Part shown: piece after piece, positions 27,869 to 33,560 of the stretch | Numbering within the stretch: the stretch's first letter is position 1 | Layout: the number at the start of each line of letters is the position of its first letter | The notes under the pieces: generated by a model | What the model was told of the DNA's origin: nothing | The model's database searches: none | The model's input: only the letters and a program-made list of their open reading frames with translations | Program-made: the position numbers and the translations under genes | Source: an uncultured virus (IMG/VR IMGVR_UViG_3300025623_000002) | Lineage: Duplodnaviria; Heunggongvirae; Uroviricota; Caudoviricetes | Direction: 5' to 3' (one strand) | Length of the DNA stretch: 33,560 nucleotides | IMG/VR virus record: IMGVR_UViG_3300025623_000002

Positions 27869-27986
27869 GTTTTTTACCCCCTATTGATTTATTATTAAAT
27901 AAAGATGAAGTTCCACTATTACTAGTAGTAACTGCCCCTGCCATTCTTAGTATTGTAAACCATTTAGTGTTAAGAGAAGATGCCAC
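27819..27986 (-). CDS. 55-aa basic microprotein (MASSLNTKWFTILRMAGAVTT...KKRGKKKPRK)
   Basis: Hand-translated; carries the WFTILR variant of the leader; GTG start. Confidence 0.5.
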   Translation of the reverse strand: MASSLNTKWFTILRMAGAVTTSNSGTSSLFNNKSIGGKKRGKKKPRKNVKYNLKK

Positions 27987-28017
27987 TTATCTAAGCGCAA
28001 TACTACTTGGACTATAA

Positions 28018-28107
28018 CTATTCTTCTTCTCCTTCTATTGCTCTAATAATAGCATACCAGTATTCTTCTTCTTGAGTTAGAATTTTATTATTCTTATCTT
28101 TTTTCAT
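28018..28107 (-). CDS. 29-aa microprotein MKKDKNNKILTQEEEYWYAIIRAIEGEEE
   Basis: Hand-translated; contains WYAIIR. Confidence 0.35.
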   Translation of the reverse strand: MKKDKNNKILTQEEEYWYAIIRAIEGEEE

Positions 28108-28129
28108 TTTTATTAAACCAATTTCTATT

Positions 28130-28429
28130 TCACTCCAATCCTTTAAACGAATCTCTTTCTGAAATACCAGCATCATCCATTATATCTTGCAATCTAGCAA
28201 CAAGATACTCATTTGTGAACACCTGCCAATTACCTTCTTCGGTTTGCATTGCTTCTAATCCACTTTCTAACCAAGTCAACCATCGGTGAGCATCATGTTC
28301 TAACTGTCCTTTCAACTTAGGCAAATACTCTAATCTAAACCTTCTAAGAAAATCCTTTACTTGCGCTACAGTCAATTCATTAGGATTGTAATGGGGTTTT
28401 TCCTTTCTAATTATATTAAACCAATTCAT
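28130..28429 (-). CDS. W-leader hypothetical protein
   Basis: MNWFNIIRK. Confidence 0.72.
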   Translation of the reverse strand: MNWFNIIRKEKPHYNPNELTVAQVKDFLRRFRLEYLPKLKGQLEHDAHRWLTWLESGLEAMQTEEGNWQVFTNEYLVARLQDIMDDAGISERDSFKGLE

Positions 28430-28644
28430 TTTAATTGCCTTCTTAACATTGGTTTTTTAAATGTATTATATAATTCCCATAATGGTTCACTTGAATTAAG
28501 CCTAGTTATTTCATCATTCAGTTTTTTCATTCTATAAAGTGCTTGTGCGTCAGATTTAAAATCTTTAACTTTATCTCCTACTTCTGTGTACCATTCAGTA
28601 TTACCCGATATGTGTCCTTTCTTAATTTGTTTTTTCCAATCCAT
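28426..28644 (-). CDS. W-leader hypothetical protein
   Basis: Start moved to ATG 28644 (MDWKKQIKK), which removes the overlap with the upstream gene. Confidence 0.65.
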   Translation of the reverse strand: MDWKKQIKKGHISGNTEWYTEVGDKVKDFKSDAQALYRMKKLNDEITRLNSSEPLWELYNTFKKPMLRRQLK

Positions 28645-28648
28645 AATA

Positions 28649-29131
28649 TCATTTCCCCCTTGCCATAACTTCAGCACACCTTCTACAATAGTGTAACTCT
28701 TTAGGTGAACCCTTTGAATGTATTTTACCATCTCTTATATATTTTTTAGTGCCTAGAGATACCGGTTTTTTGCATCGAACACAGCGAAATTTACTAAGAT
28801 TAGAATTTGGTTTTTTCTTTTCTTTTCCTTCAGGTCGCCCACTTGCATTAAATCCTTTAATACCATATTGCACTTCACCTTCTTGTGCCATTGATGTTCC
28901 TAACCTAGTTTTTCTCTCTTCGATTAATTTTTTACCTTCAACATTCCTGTTTAGTGGTAAATCTGTTCCTCTTCCCATTGTTCTACTAGTGCCTTTGGGT
29001 GCATGACCTTCCTCTTCAATAGATTTTACTCTTTCGTTAGGTTTTAATCGTTCACCACCCATTATATCAACAGGTTTCCTGTTCCTATTCTTTCTAGGCC
29101 GATTTCTTTTAATTAAATCAAACCAAGTCAT
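28649..29131 (-). CDS. W-leader basic protein with C-terminal Zn finger
   Basis: MTWFDLIKR; CVRC...CRRC. Confidence 0.72.
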   Translation of the reverse strand: MTWFDLIKRNRPRKNRNRKPVDIMGGERLKPNERVKSIEEEGHAPKGTSRTMGRGTDLPLNRNVEGKKLIEERKTRLGTSMAQEGEVQYGIKGFNASGRPEGKEKKKPNSNLSKFRCVRCKKPVSLGTKKYIRDGKIHSKGSPKELHYCRRCAEVMARGK

Positions 29132-29394
29132 TTTTTCCCACCTTCTAATATATTCCTACTAACTTGGCAACACAATCTAATCTTTTGTGTACTTTCTAAA
29201 AACCAAAAAGAATCCTTATCCCAATCAAATTTATTCTCAACATGATTACAAAGTTCTCTTCTTCCCATGTTTTGCAAATCACCATCTATACTAACATCAA
29301 GAATATCACCTTTCGGATGCACTAACTTCTTATCTAACCAAACATAGGTACTACCCATGAATGCAATCAATTTTCTAATTATCCATTGCTTCAT
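29128..29394 (-). CDS. Hypothetical protein
   Basis: 88 aa; AGGTGA SD; ATGA overlaps. Confidence 0.7.
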   Translation of the reverse strand: MKQWIIRKLIAFMGSTYVWLDKKLVHPKGDILDVSIDGDLQNMGRRELCNHVENKFDWDKDSFWFLESTQKIRLCCQVSRNILEGGKK

Positions 29395-30092
29395 ACTAAA
29401 TCACCTACTACAATATCATGAATATTATTTGAACTATCTAAATATTGCAATATTAGTTTTACTTTTTCTTCATGCTTGATAACATCGTCATAAAAAATAT
29501 CTATAGATGAAGGAAACAAATATACATTCTCATGCTTTAATTGCCATACTTTATTACTGTAACTACCAGTTTCATCCCACGTTGTTATATTTTCATCGTA
29601 AATAGTCAATGGTCTAATTACCAGTAAGTTATCCATGTGATTTAGTAGTTCATTTAAAGGCTGGTGGAAAATGGAAGTTCTGTTGTTTTCGGAGAGCCAT
29701 CCATCATCTTCTTCTTGCATTGCGTTATACTCTTCCCACATTCTTTCATTCTCTAATTCATTTTCTGTTTTTTCCGGTTCAATCATATGGAGTTTATTAT
29801 ATCTTTTCGTTATATTATTTTTAGCAATATTAACTATCTTTTTGAATTTTTCATTCAACACATTATGCCCATTAAGAGTTAGACCACGATTACGCTTAAT
29901 CCAATTAATAGTTTCTTCCTTAGTTTTCTGAGTTTCAATTGGTTGGCTCTTAGTCCAAGCAGACGGTTGTTCATGATATTTTTTCGGAGTAACATTTCCA
30001 CCTGACTTATTAGGACTTGACTTATTTCTATTCTTCTTTTGAGCATTACTAGGCCACTTCTTTTTTCTTTTTAGAATATCAAACCAAGTCAT
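29391..30092 (-). CDS. W-leader hypothetical protein
   Basis: MTWFDILKR; GGGTGA SD. Confidence 0.75.
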   Translation of the reverse strand: MTWFDILKRKKKWPSNAQKKNRNKSSPNKSGGNVTPKKYHEQPSAWTKSQPIETQKTKEETINWIKRNRGLTLNGHNVLNEKFKKIVNIAKNNITKRYNKLHMIEPEKTENELENERMWEEYNAMQEEDDGWLSENNRTSIFHQPLNELLNHMDNLLVIRPLTIYDENITTWDETGSYSNKVWQLKHENVYLFPSSIDIFYDDVIKHEEKVKLILQYLDSSNNIHDIVVGDLV

Positions 30093-30096
30093 TTTT

Positions 30097-30525
30097 TCAC
30101 CCTTTATTTTCTATGCCTAATTTAACATTTGGTGTTCCAAACAAACCATCAATAATTCGCCTGTATGGTTTACTAATATAACTATTGTATGCAACAAAAT
30201 CTATTAATTCTTGAACGGAACTAAATTCTGTCTTAGTTAAATATTGTTCTATTTCTTCAGAATCCCACATAAAATGCCCCCCATTAGAAAACGAATTACC
30301 ATCCAGTCTTTTGGGAGAACCACGCTCATCATATTTTTTATATTGTAATCCTAATCTAGATGCTGTGTTTTTAATTTCTTCTTCAATTTCATTAGACCAA
30401 GAAATAGGAATATAACCAATTGCCTTTTGTTGATTTGAATTAAACATATTTTCTAATTCTCTTAATTTATTTAGATTGTGTTCTTTATCGAACCTTTCAT
30501 TCTTTAAAACACTAAACCAATCCAT
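30097..30525 (-). CDS. W-leader hypothetical protein
   Basis: MDWFSVLKN; GGTGA SD. Confidence 0.75.
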   Translation of the reverse strand: MDWFSVLKNERFDKEHNLNKLRELENMFNSNQQKAIGYIPISWSNEIEEEIKNTASRLGLQYKKYDERGSPKRLDGNSFSNGGHFMWDSEEIEQYLTKTEFSSVQELIDFVAYNSYISKPYRRIIDGLFGTPNVKLGIENKG

Positions 30526-30667
30526 TTTATCACCAAAGTTGTGGGTACTGAAATGTTTTACCTAATGAAAACTGAAAAATGTGGTGGAATTTATTTAGCA
30601 CTAGCGCGATTTTTTTTGTTGGGTAGTAACCATAAACAGTATAAGGATAATAGTAATGTGCCATTTA

Positions 30668-30877
30668 TTATTCCTCGATAAACTTTAGTGTTGTTTGTTT
30701 TGAATTAGGTTTCTGTTCATCAGCACTAATAACTTTAGTTGGTTTAGGTTTACCTTTAAACCATTTACTCGCAGGTTTAGATGATACAGTTGCACCGTCA
30801 ATTAATTCTTCAGGTAGTTTTGTTTGTGTTGTATTCTTTTTATTTTTACTATCTTTGATAATATTAAACCAGTTCAC
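30668..30877 (-). CDS. W-leader basic small protein
   Basis: GTG start, MNWFNIIKD; GGTGA SD. Confidence 0.65.
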   Translation of the reverse strand: MNWFNIIKDSKNKKNTTQTKLPEELIDGATVSSKPASKWFKGKPKPTKVISADEQKPNSKQTTLKFIEE

Positions 30878-31056
30878 AACATCACCAATAGATTAACCCG
30901 ATACACTATCCTTAATTAAATTAGTTATTAATAATAATAAAATAAAAAAAAAATTAAAACGCAAAGCATATGGTTGGATAAATATATTGTTGTCCAACCA
31001 TATGGTAGCATTCATTGTTAAATGTGCTACCATACGGGGTTTCGGGGGGAATACTA

Positions 31057-31077
31057 ATGTTTGACGAAGAAGATTGA
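31057..31077 (+). CDS. Minigene MFDEED (copy 1)
   Basis: ATGTTTGACGAAGAAGATTGA after a G-rich SD. Confidence 0.4.
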   Translation: MFDEED

Positions 31078-31176
31078 TTAACAAGTTAAGTCTATCATAC
31101 GGGAGTATTCCCCCCAACCATATGGTAATGCACTTTGTACTTATTACCTTATATGTATGGTAATTATACCATTATT

Positions 31177-31380
31177 ATGGTAAACTTTACACGAGCGGAC
31201 TTTCAATTACTTGCAGTGTTAGCAATTGATATGAAATTAACAGAAGAACAAAAGAACATATATGTTGCTAATCTAAAACGCACTAATATTAACTTCAATG
31301 AAGATAAATTCAGAAAGGCTATGATGATTGAATATAACAATCGTCATATTGCCGGCGAATTTGCAATAGGTGGGATTTAA
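31177..31380 (+). CDS. Small early-type viral protein (MVNFTRADFQLLA...NINFNEDKFRKA)
   Basis: TTATAT about 25 nt upstream of ATG 31177 suggests a leaderless start. Confidence 0.65.
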   Translation: MVNFTRADFQLLAVLAIDMKLTEEQKNIYVANLKRTNINFNEDKFRKAMMIEYNNRHIAGEFAIGGI

Positions 31381-31464
31381 ATGAAAGAATGCTATAAATG
31401 TGGAAAAATAATCAGTGATAATAAATATTGTTGTTATTCTTGTATTAAAAGTGAGGCGATATAA
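31381..31464 (+). CDS. 27-aa Zn-finger microprotein MKECYKCGKIISDNKYCCYSCIKSEAI
   Basis: CxxC...CxxC; AGGTGG SD; directly follows the previous stop. Confidence 0.55.
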   Translation: MKECYKCGKIISDNKYCCYSCIKSEAI

Positions 31465-31484
31465 TGTTTGACGAAGAAGATTAA
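31464..31484 (+). CDS. Minigene MFDEED (copy 2)
   Basis: TAATG coupling to the Zn-finger gene; GAGG SD. Confidence 0.45.
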   Translation: MFDEED

Positions 31485-31705
31485 TATAACTCAAACGGGC
31501 AAATGCGAAGACTACTGAGCGAACTTTGTAGGTTAATGAACTCGGCCATAATGGTTTTCTATTGAAATACCATTTGGATAGCCAACCTACCCATTGTAAG
31601 TCCCGACCTAATAAAATTCCCTTCGGGGTCTTAATAATCACAAAGTTCTCACAACCATATGGTAGCATCAATAAAGATGCGCTACCACATCGGGGGTGAA
31701 AATAA

Positions 31706-31726
31706 GTGTACGACGACGAAGATTGA
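31706..31726 (+). CDS. Minigene MYDDED (copy 3)
   Basis: GTGTACGACGACGAAGATTGA after GGGGGTGA SD; in-frame TAA immediately upstream. Confidence 0.4.
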   Translation: MYDDED

Positions 31727-31822
31727 TTATCCTAACAATACAAGTGTAAGTCCTACCACACCATATGGTTTGGTAACTTTGTGGAAACCCTAATTATAAT
31801 AAAATTATAACAAATTACTAAA

Positions 31823-32003
31823 AGGGCATCGGGTAGCAGTGACTTTACTATAAAATACGATTAAGGTTCTTGCAATCCGTTCCGGTATGTCGAAGTTTCT
31901 AGAATGTCGGGATAGCGGTCAGGCATAGTGTTTGTGTCTTGCGTCGTGGTTTTTTATATCGTGAAATTAATCACTGTGCGTGTGTATTGCTACTTTCAGC
32001 CCT
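31823..32003 (+). ncRNA. Candidate structured non-coding RNA
   Basis: Ends pair (AGGGC/GCCCT; GTAGCAGTG/TATTGCTAC); nested stem TACGATTAAGG/TCTTGCGTCGTG; TATA-like sequence about 25 nt upstream. Confidence 0.35.
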
Positions 32004-32011
32004 AAAGGTAA

Positions 32012-32296
32012 TCAGATTACAATGGGAATGGGTGTTAGGGAAAGAAGAAGAGTATTATATTGTTCAATATTATCTTCAGTAATATCACCAAAGGCATTTA
32101 TTGCATCAATGTTTTTCTTCATTATTGTTAGTGCTTTAGTTGCTTCTTCTACTACTTCAGATGCAAAATCACCTCTAAATTTTAAGGACTTAATAATAAT
32201 CTTATGTACTGAACCAGATTTAGATTGTGATATTTCTATTTCAAAGGGATAAGACATATTTAATATCTGTTCGGGTGTGTTTGTATGTTCTGCCAT
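32012..32296 (-). CDS. Hypothetical early protein
   Basis: Likely start ATG 32296 (MAEHTNTPE), downstream of the divergent promoter. Confidence 0.55.
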   Translation of the reverse strand: MAEHTNTPEQILNMSYPFEIEISQSKSGSVHKIIIKSLKFRGDFASEVVEEATKALTIMKKNIDAINAFGDITEDNIEQYNTLLLSLTPIPIVI

Positions 32297-32309
32297 AATC
32301 CAAGCATGA

Positions 32310-32390
32310 TAAATATACATATGAGGTAATGATTACAAAGTATCATACCATATGGTTGTGAACTTTGTGAACTCACCCTATATGTGAATA
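32310..32390. promoter_or_regulatory. Symmetric divergent promoter/operator
   Basis: ACAAAGT-N5-ACCATATGGT-N5-ACTTTGT (32335-32368) with TATA-like sequences pointing outward on both sides. Confidence 0.6.
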
Positions 32391-32436
32391 TATTCACCCC
32401 TCATTGTGCTGAGGGTAATACCACAGAGAAAGGAAA

Positions 32437-32919
32437 GTGAATAAAATGGCAAAATACACAACAACCGAAATAAGAGATATAATGACGACATGGGTGGATT
32501 CTGAAAAGAACACTACCGGATGGATGAAAGGAGCAGTTGAGGATGCTTGCGCTAATTTAGATGCAGGAGAAATAACTGAATCTGTATTCAGTTCTTCAAT
32601 TCAAGGAATGTGCAGACAACTTAAGGAGAATCCACTATCACGACGCGGAACCAATTTCTCATATGATGAAACACGAGAAATTAACCTCGCAGAATGCAAG
32701 ACCTTTACCACAACAATTGAAACAGCATTTAATAAATTAAGCCCAGTGGCTCAAACTTATTACCGAGCAAAGATTTCAGACCAACGCCCAGCAGGAATAT
32801 ACGCCAACGGCGCAGATTTAGCCGGATTTATGTACGAAAGATGCGAAGGCGAAGCAAAAATTCAGCAAAAGGCTGATAAAAAGTCAAGCAAAGCAAGTGC
32901 GAAAGGGGGCAATATCTGA
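32437..32919 (+). CDS. Hypothetical early protein
   Basis: 160 aa; GTG 32437 or ATG 32446; visibly more GC-rich than the late block. Confidence 0.75.
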   Translation: MNKMAKYTTTEIRDIMTTWVDSEKNTTGWMKGAVEDACANLDAGEITESVFSSSIQGMCRQLKENPLSRRGTNFSYDETREINLAECKTFTTTIETAFNKLSPVAQTYYRAKISDQRPAGIYANGADLAGFMYERCEGEAKIQQKADKKSSKASAKGGNI

Positions 32920-32977
32920 GGTTGTCCCTTCCCTCGGCACACTTGGGGTTTCTCACAAAGTTCCACACCATATGGTT

Positions 32978-33035
32978 GGATAGTATATTCTTAGATTTTT
33001 TAAGGATAGTATATTCTTAGGATTTTTAAGGATAG
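32978..33035 (+). repeat. 26-bp-period tandem repeat
   Basis: GGATAGTATATTCTTAG at 32978 and 33004; partial GGATAG at 33030. Confidence 0.8.
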
Positions 33036-33431
33036 GAAAAAAAGAGAGGGTACATCGGATGGAAAAGTTGCTTTATATATGAATGGAATGTATATGGATT
33101 ATAGATGATGGGAGAATCCGTTAAAGTGCGTGTTTCTCTATAACATCATATAATGACCACTAACTTAAGGGAAAAACATTTCACTACCTATTTTAATGGT
33201 TCATAAGGATAGTAATATCTCCCATCCCATATAATATAATATAAAATATCAATATTTATACTATATAGGATATATCATAATAAATATAATAATACATGAT
33301 TTAGTTATCATGGTTTTCTCACACTTTCTCATCGTTTCTCATATGATATGAGAAAAAGAAAGGGGTAAAAGGTTAGAAACTAACCTAATTAAGTACTTAT
33401 TTATTATAATTATCATATTATCATATTATTA

Positions 33432-33484
<53 letters not shown>

Positions 33485-33560
33485 GAGCATGAGAAAGTGA
33501 GAAAATGCGATAAACATACTAAAATATGTGAATCCGGCTCAATTTCAAAGATTTCATTTC

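Larger units (their letters stand above)
30965..32976. repeat. Dispersed palindrome ACCATATGGT, usually with ACTTTGT 5-7 nt away
   Basis: Exact copies at 30997, 31117, 31654, 31760, 32347, 32967; one-mismatch copy at 30965. Confidence 0.9.

Noticed and set aside
28108..28125. AATTGGTTTAAT resembling a decayed MNWFN leader after an SD
   Set aside because: No start codon and only 12 AT-rich bases; too weak.
6..29931. Plus-strand ORFs in the track (e.g. 6-329, 12347-12769, 20251-20583, 28749-29006)
   Set aside because: Antisense shadows of well-supported minus-strand genes; S/L/I/F-rich, with no SD or motifs.
30893..31671. Track ORFs 30893-31117 (-) and 31273-31671 (-)
   Set aside because: They overlap the repeat elements and better-supported plus-strand genes, and their composition is not protein-like.
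31801..32010. tRNA or tmRNA
   Set aside because: No cloverleaf, T-loop GTTCRA or CCA end recognisable.
30965..32976. Repeats as a CRISPR or mini-CRISPR array
   Set aside because: Core is only 10 bp, spacing is irregular (about 30-620 bp) and orientations are mixed; no cas genes.

Overview
AT-rich segment of an archaeal tailed (HK97-fold) dsDNA virus genome. Archaeal GGTGA-type Shine-Dalgarno sites and TATA-like leaderless starts suggest an archaeal host; the gene set resembles Marine Group II (Poseidoniales) viruses (magroviruses), which is an inference. Bases 1-30877 form one minus-strand late/morphogenesis block: terminase large subunit, LAGLIDADG-domain protein, portal, ATP-dependent DNA ligase, prohead protease-scaffold, major capsid protein, then a module with an Arf-like small GTPase and membrane proteins. 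About 16 otherwise unrelated proteins begin with a shared leader M-[S/T/N/D]-[W/F]-x-x-[mostly I/L/V]-[I/L/V]-[K/R], resembling a capsid-targeting, protease-cleaved signal. Bases 30900-33560 are a regulatory/early region with a repeated ACCATATGGT-N5-7-ACTTTGT element, three hexapeptide minigenes (MFDEED, MFDEED, MYDDED), a candidate structured RNA and an origin-like repeat region with a (TC)23 tract. No tRNA, rRNA or CRISPR array was recognised.
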